Origin: Candidatus Kerfeldbacteria bacterium
Lineage (GTDB): Bacteria; Patescibacteriota; Patescibacteriia; UBA10025; JAHIVO01
NCBI GenBank assembly: GCA_047946875.1
Contig: CP181398.1
Location: forward strand, 529,818-572,513
Length of the DNA stretch: 42,696 bases
Direction of reading: 5' to 3'
The notes beneath the pieces were generated by a model, which was given only the letters and a program-made list of their open reading frames with translations, ran no database searches and had not been told where the DNA came from. The position numbers were made by a program, and so were the translations under genes. Within the stretch, counting starts at the first letter, position 1. Every line of letters starts with the position of its first letter. Of this stretch, positions 16,515-27,309 are shown in pieces.

Positions 16515-17501
16515 TTATTTAATTAAATTTTTTATATTACTACTAATCTTTTTGGAAATTTTTGTCTTTTGCAACAAACCATTCTTTGCACCAATTTCTC
16601 TGACTACTGCAGCAGAATTCTTCACACCTAGATCTAAAGCACTATAAATATTTCCTTTACTTTTGATATACCCTGCCAAAAAACCTGAACCAAAAGCATC
16701 TCCAGCACCAGTCATATCAACAGATTTCACTGGCTTTATTATAACATGCTTCATTACATTGTCCACGATAGTATAAAGACCATGTTCACCCTCTGTAATT
16801 AATATAATACTGTTAGGACAATTTTTTTTCATCTCTTCTAGCATCCCTTTTATATTACTAAAAGCTCGACCAGAAATTAAGCTCGCCTCTTCTCTATTAA
16901 ATAAAATAATTTCTGAGTTTTTAAGTACTTTTAGTAATCTTTTTTTATATTTTACTATCTCATTCTTACCCGGATTGATCATGATCTTCTTGCTAAATTT
17001 TTCTGCTAATTTGCTTATCCTTTCTAGTGTAGCGATATTACCACCAAGTGATGTTAAGTATAACCATTTTGTATTTTTTATATAATTTTCTTTTATTTCT
17101 GAAGCTTTAAAATCATTTGTAGCTCCTCGATAAACTAATACAGTTTTTTCACCAGACCTTCCTAAAAAAAATACGCCACGTCCTGTTCGATTATTTTTAT
17201 CTACAATAAATATGTCTTTTATTCCATAATTTTTAATTCTCTTTCTCACATCAACGCCTGTCCCATCATCTCCAATTCTAGCGATACATGCTGTTTTAAA
17301 TCCTTGATTTTTGAATGTAAATGCTGCATTGGAAGCTCCTCCGCCAACACCTATAAAAATATCATCCAACTCAATTTTTGTTCCAAATTCAAAATATTCA
17401 GATTTACCTGAAGTTTTTCTTGGATCAGCATGGACACTAAATTTATTACTAAAAACATATATATCCTGTATAGCTGATCCTATTGTAGTTATGTCGTACA
17501 T
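16515..17501 (-). CDS. PfkB-family carbohydrate kinase (ribokinase-like), substrate unknown
   Basis: GVGGGASNAA Gly-rich lid region and the C-terminal anion-hole motif DMTGAGDAFGSGFLAG. Confidence 0.8.
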   Translation of the reverse strand: MYDITTIGSAIQDIYVFSNKFSVHADPRKTSGKSEYFEFGTKIELDDIFIGVGGGASNAAFTFKNQGFKTACIARIGDDGTGVDVRKRIKNYGIKDIFIVDKNNRTGRGVFFLGRSGEKTVLVYRGATNDFKASEIKENYIKNTKWLYLTSLGGNIATLERISKLAEKFSKKIMINPGKNEIVKYKKRLLKVLKNSEIILFNREEASLISGRAFSNIKGMLEEMKKNCPNSIILITEGEHGLYTIVDNVMKHVIIKPVKSVDMTGAGDAFGSGFLAGYIKSKGNIYSALDLGVKNSAAVVREIGAKNGLLQKTKISKKISSNIKNLIK

Positions 17502-17503
17502 AA

Positions 17504-19345
17504 TTATTTTATCTTTAATACTTCTTTTATAATAGCACGTTTTGAGATCTCTTCGTAATCTAATAATTGATCCATTTTACCAGTCTTAGGCATTTTTCTT
17601 ACGGCTAATGAGATTACTGGCTTATTCGTACTTATTACACTTTTGACTGCTTCACCTATACCGCCTTCTGGATAATGATCTTCAACAATTATCAAAGCAG
17701 AAGTTTCTTTTAGTGATTTTTCTATAGTTTTTTTATCAATTGGTTTAATACTATATAGATCAATAATTCTAATATTAATATTTCTTTTTGACAAATCTTC
17801 ATAAGCTGCTAAAGCCTCGTGTACAGTAATACCTGCAGTAATGATTGTAACTCTATCATTCTTACTCTTTTTTAATACTTTACTTCCACCAATTTTAAAT
17901 CTATCATTCTTTTTATATAGATTAGGTGTTTTACTTCTAGTAGTTCTGAGATATACTATTCCTTTTTTTCTAGCAGCTAGTTCTACTAATTTGTCAGTTG
18001 ATATTGCATCACTAGGATATAAAACTGTACTTCCAAACAATGCTCTGAACATGCTAATATCTTCTAGTGCCATCTGTGACGCACCATCTTCCCCTATAGA
18101 AACGCCTGCATGTGAACCAACAAATTTTATATTTGATTCTGAATATTGACTCATTCTAATTTGGTCATATGCTCTACTAAAAAATGCAGCAAATGTTGAG
18201 ACAAATGGAATTTTATTTCTTTTTGACAATCCAATAGCTGCTCCAACCATATTTTGCTCTGCAATAAACATTTCAAAAAAATTCTTTGGATATTTATTAT
18301 TGAATATCTCTGCAAAAGTTGAATTACTTACTTCTGCATCTAACGAAACTATATTTGGAAATTTATTAAAAATCCTGACTAAAGAATGACCATAAGCTTC
18401 GCGTGTTGACATTTCATTTTGTACTGAAATTGCTTTTTTAACAGACTTACTTTTGTATTTCTTTAATAACAATTTTTTTGGTACTAACATTTTACCTTCA
18501 ATTTTTTTATCAATATTCCCTAACTCTAATAATGCTTTTTTTAATTGTTCTGATTTTAATGCTTTACCGTGCCAATTGTTTTTATTTTCTAATAACTTAA
18601 TACCTTTACCTTTTAATGTTTTAGCTATTATCATAACGGGCTTCTTTTTTTCTTTTCCAGCTTGTTCATAAGCATTATTAATCTCCTCCCACGAATGCCC
18701 ATCAATCGTTATAACCCTCCATCCAAATGATTTTACTCTTTCTGCATAAATTGAGATCTTATGACCCAACATTGTCTCTCCTCTTTGACCCAATCTATTA
18801 ACATCTATAATACCTATTAAATTATTTAGTTTATAATAGGCTGCTAACTGCATTGCTTCCCAGTTAGAACCTTCTGCCATTTCACTATCACCTAATAACA
18901 CATAAGTTTTATATGGTAGTTTATCGATATACTTAGCATTCAAAGCCATTCCTAAGCCTATGGACAAACCTTGGCCCAAAGAACCAGTAGCTGCCTCTGT
19001 ATAAGGAAACTGCATGGTTGGATGTCCTTCTAATTTACTACTAAACTTTCTTAGAGTTAATAGCTCTTTATATGTAACTTTACCAGCTGCCGCCCAAAGA
19101 GAATAAAATAGTGGAGCAGCATGACCTTTAGAAAAAATTAACCTGTCATTATTATGATAATTTGGTTTATTTTTTTCAAACCTAAAAAAACCACCGAACA
19201 TTAGACCAACCATCAAATCCGTAGCCGATAATGAAGATGTTGGATGACCACTACCTGCCTTAGTAGTTGATTGAAGGATGAAATACCTTACCAACTTGGC
19301 TAGTTTATTTAATTCGCCAATCTTATCTTGGTTTAATTTTTTCAT
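17504..19345 (-). CDS. tkt: transketolase (single polypeptide)
   Basis: GSGHPTSSLSATD TPP motif, GDSEMAEGSNWEA, and complete pyrimidine-binding and C-terminal domains in 613 aa. Confidence 0.92.
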   Translation of the reverse strand: MKKLNQDKIGELNKLAKLVRYFILQSTTKAGSGHPTSSLSATDLMVGLMFGGFFRFEKNKPNYHNNDRLIFSKGHAAPLFYSLWAAAGKVTYKELLTLRKFSSKLEGHPTMQFPYTEAATGSLGQGLSIGLGMALNAKYIDKLPYKTYVLLGDSEMAEGSNWEAMQLAAYYKLNNLIGIIDVNRLGQRGETMLGHKISIYAERVKSFGWRVITIDGHSWEEINNAYEQAGKEKKKPVMIIAKTLKGKGIKLLENKNNWHGKALKSEQLKKALLELGNIDKKIEGKMLVPKKLLLKKYKSKSVKKAISVQNEMSTREAYGHSLVRIFNKFPNIVSLDAEVSNSTFAEIFNNKYPKNFFEMFIAEQNMVGAAIGLSKRNKIPFVSTFAAFFSRAYDQIRMSQYSESNIKFVGSHAGVSIGEDGASQMALEDISMFRALFGSTVLYPSDAISTDKLVELAARKKGIVYLRTTRSKTPNLYKKNDRFKIGGSKVLKKSKNDRVTIITAGITVHEALAAYEDLSKRNINIRIIDLYSIKPIDKKTIEKSLKETSALIIVEDHYPEGGIGEAVKSVISTNKPVISLAVRKMPKTGKMDQLLDYEEISKRAIIKEVLKIK

Positions 19346-19352
19346 AATTATG

Positions 19353-20000
19353 TTATTTAGGAATTTTATCCCAATCTTCTAGAAACTTCTTAATCCCCTT
19401 ATCTGTTAATTCATGCCTATACATCTGTACTAATAATTTGAAAGGTATTGTAATAGCGTCTGTACCTGTTAAAGCACATTCTTCAATATGCTTTACACTA
19501 CGTATTGATGCAGCTAAAACTGATGTTTCAATATTATATTTCTTAAATATTTCTACTGTTTGTTTAACTACTTCGATACCACTTTTTTTTGAATCATCTA
19601 ATCTACCAAGAAAAATACTTACAAATGTAGCTCCTGCTCTTGCAGCCAACATGGCTTGAGCTGCACTAAAAACCAAAGTGACATTAGTTTTGATCCCTTT
19701 AGTTGTTAAAGCACGTACAGCAATCATCCCCTCATCAGTCATTGGAATTTTTACTACCACATTTTTTGCCAATTTTGCGATTTCTTTAGCTTCCTCAATT
19801 ATTTCATCAGCATTTTGAGAAACAGCTTCAATACTTACTGGTCTATCTTTAATAATTCTTAAAATGTCATTAACTACTTCTGATAATTTTCTATCAGTTT
19901 TATTTAAAAGGGTAGGATTTGTTGTAAGTCCATCAAGTAAATCCCTTTCTTCTGCCCATTCTATCTCTTTGATAATTGCTGTATCAATAAATATTTTCAT
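19353..20000 (-). CDS. tal: short-type transaldolase / fructose-6-phosphate aldolase family
   Basis: 215 aa with MKIFIDTA..GLTTNPTL and a Schiff-base Lys context VVVKIPMT. Typical of the TalC/FSA subfamily. Confidence 0.9.
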   Translation of the reverse strand: MKIFIDTAIIKEIEWAEERDLLDGLTTNPTLLNKTDRKLSEVVNDILRIIKDRPVSIEAVSQNADEIIEEAKEIAKLAKNVVVKIPMTDEGMIAVRALTTKGIKTNVTLVFSAAQAMLAARAGATFVSIFLGRLDDSKKSGIEVVKQTVEIFKKYNIETSVLAASIRSVKHIEECALTGTDAITIPFKLLVQMYRHELTDKGIKKFLEDWDKIPK

Positions 20001-20004
20001 AATA

Positions 20005-20637
20005 TTAACTTAATAGTTTTTTAAATTGATTAATGTTGTCTGTAATATTGTTATTATTAAAAATAGCAGAGCCAATACTAATATTATCCACTCCACTACT
20101 TAATATATCCATAAAATTACTGATATTGACTCCTCCATCTATAGCTATCAAGTGATCAGGAAATTCATTATAAAATTCATCGATCTTGGGGAATACTTCA
20201 GGGTTAAAATCTTGCCCCTGTAAACCTGGCTCTACAGACATAAACAAAATACTATCAACTCTATCAGCATGTTCTCTAATAGCGCTAATAGGCGTATCAA
20301 TATTTATAGCTAAACCAGCTTCTATATCATTTCCACGAATATCTACTATTAAATCACCTGGTTCCGGTAATGCTTCAATATGAAAATAAACCCGTTTGAA
20401 TATATCAGGATTAAGATACTTGATCCATTCTTCAGGTTTCCTAACCATTAAATGCACTTCTAAATTTAAATTTGTTTGTAATGAATTTAGTTTCTCAGGT
20501 GACACTAATATGTTATCCACAAAATCACCATCAGCCAAATCAATCTGAACCCAATCTACCAAATCAGAAAGTGAATCCAATTTTTTTTGAATCTCAGAAA
20601 TATCTTTTTCCAAAATTGCTGGAATTATTTGTGCCAT
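20005..20637 (-). CDS. rpe: ribulose-phosphate 3-epimerase-like protein
   Basis: IIPAIL..VQIDLADGDFV..EVHLMV..DGGV..IGSAIF follows the Rpe TIM-barrel motif order. Somewhat divergent. Confidence 0.75.
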   Translation of the reverse strand: MAQIIPAILEKDISEIQKKLDSLSDLVDWVQIDLADGDFVDNILVSPEKLNSLQTNLNLEVHLMVRKPEEWIKYLNPDIFKRVYFHIEALPEPGDLIVDIRGNDIEAGLAINIDTPISAIREHADRVDSILFMSVEPGLQGQDFNPEVFPKIDEFYNEFPDHLIAIDGGVNISNFMDILSSGVDNISIGSAIFNNNNITDNINQFKKLLS

Positions 20638-21065
20638 TTGTCTATTATTTTAAATCTTCTTATTCTTCTTGCTAATGGTTTAAATTTTGTATTAAACCAC
20701 GCATTAATTATTTGATTTGCGAAAGAGCCCTTTGTATTCCAAGCAGATAAACATAATACATTAGAATTATCATAAATCATAGAATTCTTAGCTTGTTTCT
20801 GATCATAAGCAAGGACTGCTCTTATTTTTTTAAAACGATTAGAACCAATAACCATACCAAATCCAGTCCCACAAATTAATATTCCAAAATTTTTATTTGA
20901 TCTTTGAATTGGTCTAACTACAGGAGGAATAAAATCGGTAAAATCATTTTTCACTTTTTCTGAGTCTGTACCAACATCAACATAAGCTACTTTTTTTAAA
21001 TCCAAATATTTTTTTATAGACTCTTTTAATTTATAACCAGCATAATCAGCTCCTATATATATCAT
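20625..21065 (-). CDS. rpiB: ribose-5-phosphate isomerase B
   Basis: IGADYAGYKLKE..ILICGTGFGMVIGSNRFKKIRAV..YDNSNVLCLS matches the RpiB/LacAB family core, including the catalytic Cys context. Confidence 0.85.
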   Translation of the reverse strand: MIYIGADYAGYKLKESIKKYLDLKKVAYVDVGTDSEKVKNDFTDFIPPVVRPIQRSNKNFGILICGTGFGMVIGSNRFKKIRAVLAYDQKQAKNSMIYDNSNVLCLSAWNTKGSFANQIINAWFNTKFKPLARRIRRFKIIDKWHK

Positions 21066-21071
21066 AAATTT

Positions 21072-22715
21072 TTATTTTAAATTAAATGTTTCATCAATTC
21101 CATTCCAATTCATACAATACTGACCATATTCCAATAAATACTTATCGCTAAATATATAAACATATTCACCACTACATAGACCTGGACCAGGCTCTACAAT
21201 TATTTTTTTGTTCCCGTTATCATCAGTTGTTTCAGTTAGGGTGTCACTCCATTCCCCAACGAAATCATAATTTTCATTTAATTGATCAATTAAATCTTGA
21301 TATTCAACAACTGGTTTTAATTTAATATAAGAACTATTAAATGGCCCGCTTCCACCTTCAAACCCCCCTAAATGTCTTGGGTGAACATAAAAATTCATGA
21401 TACCACCATCTTCGTCATCATAATAAAAATAAAAATTATCTGGATATCTAAAAGTAAAACCATCTTGTGAATAAATTGACCAATCCACATTTGGCGGTAA
21501 AGCGGTATTACCACATCTCACTTTCAGATATTCATTATAAAAAGTTATAAATTTTTCACTTTCTCCGGTTTGAAGTGGTTTATCAACATCAGTATCCCAA
21601 ATACTACATTGCTCTTTAAACCCTGTATAAAAATATCTATCTCCTGAATATCTAAAAGTTCGCGTATCAAAATATCTATATTTATCATTTTTTTCGTCTA
21701 CTTCACAATTAATCGTTAGGTACTCTCCGTCTCTAACACCAAATTCACATTTTTTAACACCACTTTCAATAATCACATCGTAAGGCTTATTATAATTTTG
21801 ATTAATTATTAAATTTGATCCATCTACTAAACTATTTACCTGTAATTGGAAGCAATCAACACATTCTTTTCGCTCTCCATCAATTCCTGCTTGATATGAA
21901 TCTGTAGGGACTATCACAAAAAATCTTTTTTGAGGGTTACTATTCGTAGCCAAACATAAATCAGAAAAATTTCTATCAGTGAACCCAATTGAATTTAATA
22001 AATTATTCAAACTTTCATCATTTATTAACATGGTTGGTGAAAAACATTCTAACAACTTGTCACTATCGATAGTTAGTATTGGTATAACTTGTTCAGCATT
22101 CGTATTTGTATTTTGAGTATTTAAATTAATATTAGCATTGGAAACAATACTTTCAGGATCAAAAAAATCAAAAGATAACATCATAATTTCAATATTTGAA
22201 AAATCATCAACTTTTTCAGTCCAAAGATTATAAATAAGGTTATTTTTTTGAACCATGAAATATGCTTTTTCTGTTCCATCACCTTCTGTTATGAGTAATC
22301 TATGTCCTGCTTCTCCGCCAACACCAGGAGAACTTTCTTTCATTTTCCATCCATCTCCTTCAATAGAATCCTCTATTCGTTTTTTAGTATTATTATAAGT
22401 ATCATGTGAAATTTCCAAATAAATATTACCTGGATTATCAGTACTTGAACTACCATAAATATGATAACTAAATCTACTGTCAGCTAAATTTGTTTTCTTA
22501 AATGTAGAAGGATAATTAATTCTAAACCCAAACACTTCATTCTCATGTATTGGCCACTTAGATAAATCATTCGCATTAAAATCTGGATTTACACCATTAA
22601 TATTTGTACTCTCTTTATTTTCATACCAATACCAAGCCAAAACTGACAAACCGACAGCCATTATCGTTATTAATATTACTACCATCAAATATGTAAAAGC
22701 TTTTTGATTGATCAT
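21072..22715 (-). CDS. membrane-anchored extracytoplasmic protein, function unknown
   Basis: 547 aa with one N-terminal TM helix (FTYLMVVILITIMAVGLSVLAWYW). No motif recognised. Cys-containing C-terminal half. Confidence 0.55.
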   Translation of the reverse strand: MINQKAFTYLMVVILITIMAVGLSVLAWYWYENKESTNINGVNPDFNANDLSKWPIHENEVFGFRINYPSTFKKTNLADSRFSYHIYGSSSTDNPGNIYLEISHDTYNNTKKRIEDSIEGDGWKMKESSPGVGGEAGHRLLITEGDGTEKAYFMVQKNNLIYNLWTEKVDDFSNIEIMMLSFDFFDPESIVSNANINLNTQNTNTNAEQVIPILTIDSDKLLECFSPTMLINDESLNNLLNSIGFTDRNFSDLCLATNSNPQKRFFVIVPTDSYQAGIDGERKECVDCFQLQVNSLVDGSNLIINQNYNKPYDVIIESGVKKCEFGVRDGEYLTINCEVDEKNDKYRYFDTRTFRYSGDRYFYTGFKEQCSIWDTDVDKPLQTGESEKFITFYNEYLKVRCGNTALPPNVDWSIYSQDGFTFRYPDNFYFYYDDEDGGIMNFYVHPRHLGGFEGGSGPFNSSYIKLKPVVEYQDLIDQLNENYDFVGEWSDTLTETTDDNGNKKIIVEPGPGLCSGEYVYIFSDKYLLEYGQYCMNWNGIDETFNLK

Positions 22716-22720
22716 AATTT

Positions 22721-23092
22721 TTAATAATAATTAATTGGTTGCTCCCCAACATCCACAATAGAACATGCTTCAATAATATTTAGATTTAGTTTTTTTGCTT
22801 TATTTAATAATTCTTCACTACTTGCACCTGGATTTACAAAAACTTCATCAGGTTTTATTTTTGCAATATCATTTAATATTTTAATTCCTTGTTCAGGATG
22901 TAAATATATACTAACTCGATTTACCGACTCTTTTATATCAAGTATACTTTGATAACTATCTAGCTCCTCTATTTTAACAGCTTTAGGATTAACTGGAAAT
23001 ACTTTCCAACCTTGCTTCTGATGAGCTCTGACTGATTTATTACCAAATTTTTTCCTATCTGCAGATGCACCGATAATTGCTACAGTTTTCAT
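22721..23092 (-). CDS. CoA-binding domain protein (YccU/YneT-like)
   Basis: KTVAIIGASADRKKFGNKSVRAHQKQGWKVFPVNPK is the canonical Rossmann-like CoA-binding start. Confidence 0.75.
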   Translation of the reverse strand: MKTVAIIGASADRKKFGNKSVRAHQKQGWKVFPVNPKAVKIEELDSYQSILDIKESVNRVSIYLHPEQGIKILNDIAKIKPDEVFVNPGASSEELLNKAKKLNLNIIEACSIVDVGEQPINYY

Positions 23093-23200
23093 ATATTTAA
23101 ATAAATTTATATAATCAAACTAGAATCTATTTCCTTTTTATTATACCATAATACTACTCTATTTTTCAAAACGAGTATTTAATTAAATATAAGTTTTTTA

Positions 23201-23746
23201 TTACGTTCTTGACTCTAAACTATATTTACATCCACAATAGTCTTGCCGATAAAAATTTTCACATTTACTAATATCCATTGCTTTTTTAAAGCCATCCTTT
23301 TTCTTGAAATTTGCTTCCAAATACTTTACATTCATTGATTCAGACAACTTATTACCAATACTATTCAGACGTTCAGCGTCTTTATGCGGACTTATACTTA
23401 AATCTGTACCAAAATAGTCAAATCCATTTTTTTTTGCATACTGAGCCGTTTTTTGAAGCCTCATACCATAACAAATTGTACATCGATCACCTCTTTCTAA
23501 ATCATCTTCGTGACCTTTTGTTAAATCAAACCACCTATCTTGATCTGGTTCCTCCTCAATAAAAATAATATTATTATTTTTACAAAAATTTTTTGCTTCT
23601 TCAAAACGTATTTTATATTCTGACTCCGGATAAATATTTGGATTATAATAATACGCGGTCACGTCATAATTACTTTCAAGTTCTTTTAAAACGTAAGCCG
23701 CGCATGTTGCGCAACAAATATGTAATAATAATTTTTTTAGTATAAT
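23201..23746 (-). CDS. queH: epoxyqueuosine reductase QueH (DUF208)
   Basis: CTICYGMRL and DYCGCKYS motifs. The conserved N-terminal LLLHICCATCAAY block is in frame upstream of the GTG chosen by the ORF track (23662), so the gene must start near 23740-23752, where only ATT/ATA codons are available. Confidence 0.75.
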   Translation of the reverse strand: MILKKLLLHICCATCAAYVLKELESNYDVTAYYYNPNIYPESEYKIRFEEAKNFCKNNNIIFIEEEPDQDRWFDLTKGHEDDLERGDRCTICYGMRLQKTAQYAKKNGFDYFGTDLSISPHKDAERLNSIGNKLSESMNVKYLEANFKKKDGFKKAMDISKCENFYRQDYCGCKYSLESRT

Positions 23747-23748
23747 AT

Positions 23749-25134
23749 CTATTTTTTACCTTCATCAATGGGCATCAGCACTGTAACATCTGTCCCTTTG
23801 TTTTCTAAACTATCTACAAATATTTCTCCGCCCATTAACACAATTATTTCTTTAGTTATCCAAAGACCCAACCCAGTACCAACAATTTTGTCAGTTTTTT
23901 CATTTTGGATACGATAAAATTTTTGAAATAACTTTTCTCTATCTTTAGCGGCTATACCCATACCAGTATCAGAAATCTTAATTTTTACCATATCTATTTT
24001 ACCAATAACCAATTCTGCTGAAATATTAACTGAACCACTCGGGGTATATTTTATTGCATTACTGGTTAAATTCACAAGAATTTGTTTTATTCTACCTTCA
24101 TCAGCATAAATATTTTTTAAATTATCTTGGATAGATGATGTTAACTTTAAACCTTTACTTGTCGCTTGTTGAGAAAAATTATTAATTATTTCTTGGACTA
24201 TCGGTGATAATGAAACTGACATTAATTTTAAATTTGTTCTACCTTGTTGGATCCTAGAAACTTCTAATAAATCTTCGACTAAATCATTCAATCTATTTGC
24301 TTCTTCGGATACCATTTGTAATTTTGCATTTGCTTCTAACGGAAGTTCACCAAATGTATTATCTAATATCATTGATAAATATCCCTTAATACCAGTTATT
24401 GGAGCACGTAATTCATGAGAGGCCATTGATATAAATTCATCCTTCAATTCATCAATTTCTTTTAATTTTTTGAACCTAACTGCCGATTTAAATAAACTTA
24501 TATTATTGAATATTAAGAGAATAATAATTACCAAAGTAATAACCAATACAATTAACCCATTCATCAAATTGTCTTGAACTAATTGATCAATTACGGATGA
24601 AGAAAGTTTTATTGATACCAATGCGACTTTATTACCTTGTTCATCTAAGACAGGATTAACAACTACCCAAAATTTTTCATCACTTATTGGTATTTCACTT
24701 ATTGTTGAAGTGGCATTAGAATTTGTTTCAAATGATATTGGCTCACCACCACGCCAAGCTAATGAATGATAATACAATTTAGTATCTGAACCAATTTGCT
24801 CCAAATCCATACTTGCAATCAAACTATAATCATCTCCATTTTGGATTAAGACATCAAGCGCTTTAATTTCACTATTTGAATTAACTGTATTTACTAATAA
24901 CTTTTGGAGTTGTTCAATATCATTTAAAAAAGATGGGACACTAACTGTAAAAATATCACTAGCCAAATCTGCTTTCTTATTCATTTCTACCTTCATTACC
25001 TTCTGAGTATTATTAAAAAATAAATAGGTATTAATAATAAGAGCACCAGGTATAACTATCAAAAGAGCTGCCGTATATACAAGTTGGGCATTGTCTCTAA
25101 AAAAATTCTTACTATCTTTTGGTAGAAATTTCAT
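23749..25134 (-). CDS. sensor histidine kinase (two TM helices, extracytoplasmic domain, HisKA, HATPase_c)
   Basis: H-box SHELRAPIT, N-box LVNLTSNAIKYT, G1 DTGMGI and G2 GTGLGL. Confidence 0.85.
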   Translation of the reverse strand: MKFLPKDSKNFFRDNAQLVYTAALLIVIPGALIINTYLFFNNTQKVMKVEMNKKADLASDIFTVSVPSFLNDIEQLQKLLVNTVNSNSEIKALDVLIQNGDDYSLIASMDLEQIGSDTKLYYHSLAWRGGEPISFETNSNATSTISEIPISDEKFWVVVNPVLDEQGNKVALVSIKLSSSVIDQLVQDNLMNGLIVLVITLVIIILLIFNNISLFKSAVRFKKLKEIDELKDEFISMASHELRAPITGIKGYLSMILDNTFGELPLEANAKLQMVSEEANRLNDLVEDLLEVSRIQQGRTNLKLMSVSLSPIVQEIINNFSQQATSKGLKLTSSIQDNLKNIYADEGRIKQILVNLTSNAIKYTPSGSVNISAELVIGKIDMVKIKISDTGMGIAAKDREKLFQKFYRIQNEKTDKIVGTGLGLWITKEIIVLMGGEIFVDSLENKGTDVTVLMPIDEGKK

Positions 25135-27206
25135 TATACTTGTTTTTTTCTATTAGCTACAAAAACTCCACCAAAAACAAGTACTAATACTCCTACCATA
25201 ATTAATGCAGGGAGAATAAAATTATTAACTACTTCAGACCTATCCGTATCAATATTAACATCACCCCTTAAGTACTCTTCTTCAGTAACAGCCTGTGCTC
25301 TTCTAACAAAGAAAGTAAATGGTGCACTTTTTTCTTGAATTTTACCATTATCGTCAGTAATAGTTACATAAACTTCGTGTTCCCCATCTAGTAAATTTTT
25401 ATCAAGAGTGTAAGTAAAATTACCATTCTCATCAGTTTTGGTAGTTACCACAATTGGATCAGAATAAATATAAATAGTGACATAAGAATTTGGCGGTCCT
25501 ATACCACTAAAAACTAAATTATTTGTTCCAATTTTTGGTGAAATATTATCAACTTTATTAACCTTTAATTTTTCTGATGCTAATTGACCACTTTTTGTTG
25601 GTTGATCAAAAACAATTTTTGAATATTTTTCTTTTAAGATTTTTGCTTGCTCTTGATTAATATCTCCAGCTATTACTTGTTGATCAATAATTGCATCAAT
25701 GTCTTCACTTGCATTTATTTCATTTGGAACATTTGGATTTAAATTTAATAATCCTTCATCAGTGTTAGAAAAAACATCACCATCATCATTGATAAATTCA
25801 TCAGGTATATCTTCTTGAGGGTCAGGGATGATAGTATTATCACTATTATGATCAATAGTAATTAAAGTAAAATTACTTTGATAACTATAAGTCCCATCTA
25901 CTATTCCCCTTGCAAAAACATAATATTCACCACTTGGTATATCATCAGTATTCCAAGGTCGTTGCCAAATTTCATCATTGGTTGTAGAAACGGTAGCTTG
26001 CCCAATATGATTTTCTATACCTGCTTCTCTATTCCTATATACAAAACTTAGCTGATCAATACTTCCCTGCACCCGTGCTTTCAAAATTACGGCTCCACTA
26101 ACAGTATCTCCTTGGCTTGGATATCTCATATTAATTATTGGTGGTGTTGTTGAAGGTAGAGGTATATTAGTAGAAGTATTAGTATTTGTTGGTATACTGG
26201 TATTAGTATTTGTACTTGAATCAATATAAATACATACTTGTTCTTCGATCTTAGTTTCTGTAATTGGGCAATCAGTAGAAATACAAGTTCTAGTTAAAAT
26301 CTCAGTAGAGGGACATTCAGTAGGCCAATCATCACATGTCCAATTCGTTGGCTCACATGGACTAGGCTCAACGACACGTACAATAGTATTATTTATTTCG
26401 AAGTATCTAGAAGCAACATCATTTTTTATAATACCCCCGATAGTTTGATAATTTAATTCAACAACATAAGATCCATTTACTAATTTTGTTGAATCCCATT
26501 CAGCATTCCAATATGAAGGTGTTCCAACTCCATTATTATTTTCTGGAGTTGTTACTATTACAGTTTCTGTTGTTCCGTTTGTCGTATCTGTACTATAAAT
26601 AAAAAAACTAACCCATTCAACTAAACCTAGTAAACTTGCAGAAAAAGCTGTAGTACTTTCAACTATTGCATTATTATATGGTTGTATAATTACACTATCA
26701 TTTTGAAAATGTATCAATCCAAAAATTGGGATACCATTATGAACACTATTATTCAAAGAATATTCTTCACCATTATTGGAATAAGCATGTATTTTAATAT
26801 AATAATTGCCATTATCAAAAGTCATGGTATCGGCTCTAACATGCCAAGTCCAATCTTGTTCTGGATCATGCCAATGACTCCCTATGATATCTAAAAACCC
26901 AAGAGAAGGTCCACTAATACTTTCAAATACCTCTAAACCAAAATGACTTAAATCAATAAGAGGGTCACTACCAGTTCTATCAAAAAAATTCATAATAAAT
27001 TCTGACTGCCCGTATATAATTGGTACATCTGTTGCTGAAATCGCAGGTTGTGTTAAAAAAACATCAATCTCTGATGTTGGAGGGGGGTTTGTTGCCCCTT
27101 GTGCACCTAAATAATCAACATTAAATAAAAAAATATTAGCTATTAAAAAACAGCTAATAAATATTACTAAAATAATAGATTTTTTTGAAAAAATGTTTTT
27201 TTTCAT
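25134..27206 (-). CDS. large cell-surface protein (signal peptide, Ig-like modules, Cys-rich segment, C-terminal TM anchor)
   Basis: 690 aa with an N-terminal signal, a Cys cluster PCEPTNWTCDDWPTECP..CISTDCP, an NTNTS low-complexity linker and a C-terminal helix plus RKKQV tail. Its stop overlaps the kinase start. Confidence 0.6.
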   Translation of the reverse strand: MKKNIFSKKSIILVIFISCFLIANIFLFNVDYLGAQGATNPPPTSEIDVFLTQPAISATDVPIIYGQSEFIMNFFDRTGSDPLIDLSHFGLEVFESISGPSLGFLDIIGSHWHDPEQDWTWHVRADTMTFDNGNYYIKIHAYSNNGEEYSLNNSVHNGIPIFGLIHFQNDSVIIQPYNNAIVESTTAFSASLLGLVEWVSFFIYSTDTTNGTTETVIVTTPENNNGVGTPSYWNAEWDSTKLVNGSYVVELNYQTIGGIIKNDVASRYFEINNTIVRVVEPSPCEPTNWTCDDWPTECPSTEILTRTCISTDCPITETKIEEQVCIYIDSSTNTNTSIPTNTNTSTNIPLPSTTPPIINMRYPSQGDTVSGAVILKARVQGSIDQLSFVYRNREAGIENHIGQATVSTTNDEIWQRPWNTDDIPSGEYYVFARGIVDGTYSYQSNFTLITIDHNSDNTIIPDPQEDIPDEFINDDGDVFSNTDEGLLNLNPNVPNEINASEDIDAIIDQQVIAGDINQEQAKILKEKYSKIVFDQPTKSGQLASEKLKVNKVDNISPKIGTNNLVFSGIGPPNSYVTIYIYSDPIVVTTKTDENGNFTYTLDKNLLDGEHEVYVTITDDNGKIQEKSAPFTFFVRRAQAVTEEEYLRGDVNIDTDRSEVVNNFILPALIMVGVLVLVFGGVFVANRKKQV

Positions 27207-27249
27207 AAATTAGTTACAACTATCACTTACTTGTTTAACTTTATAATAT

Positions 27250-27278
27250 ATGATAACACATTTTTAAGTATTTGTCAA
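27250..27278 (-). promoter_or_regulatory. sigma70-type promoter (TTGACA-17-TATCAT) for the surface-protein/kinase/queH unit
   Basis: Reverse complement of 27273-27278 is TTGACA and of 27250-27255 is TATCAT. It lies about 45 nt upstream of the ATG at 27206. Confidence 0.6.
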
Positions 27279-27309
27279 ACTAAAAAAATATAATTATCAA
27301 CTATTATTT

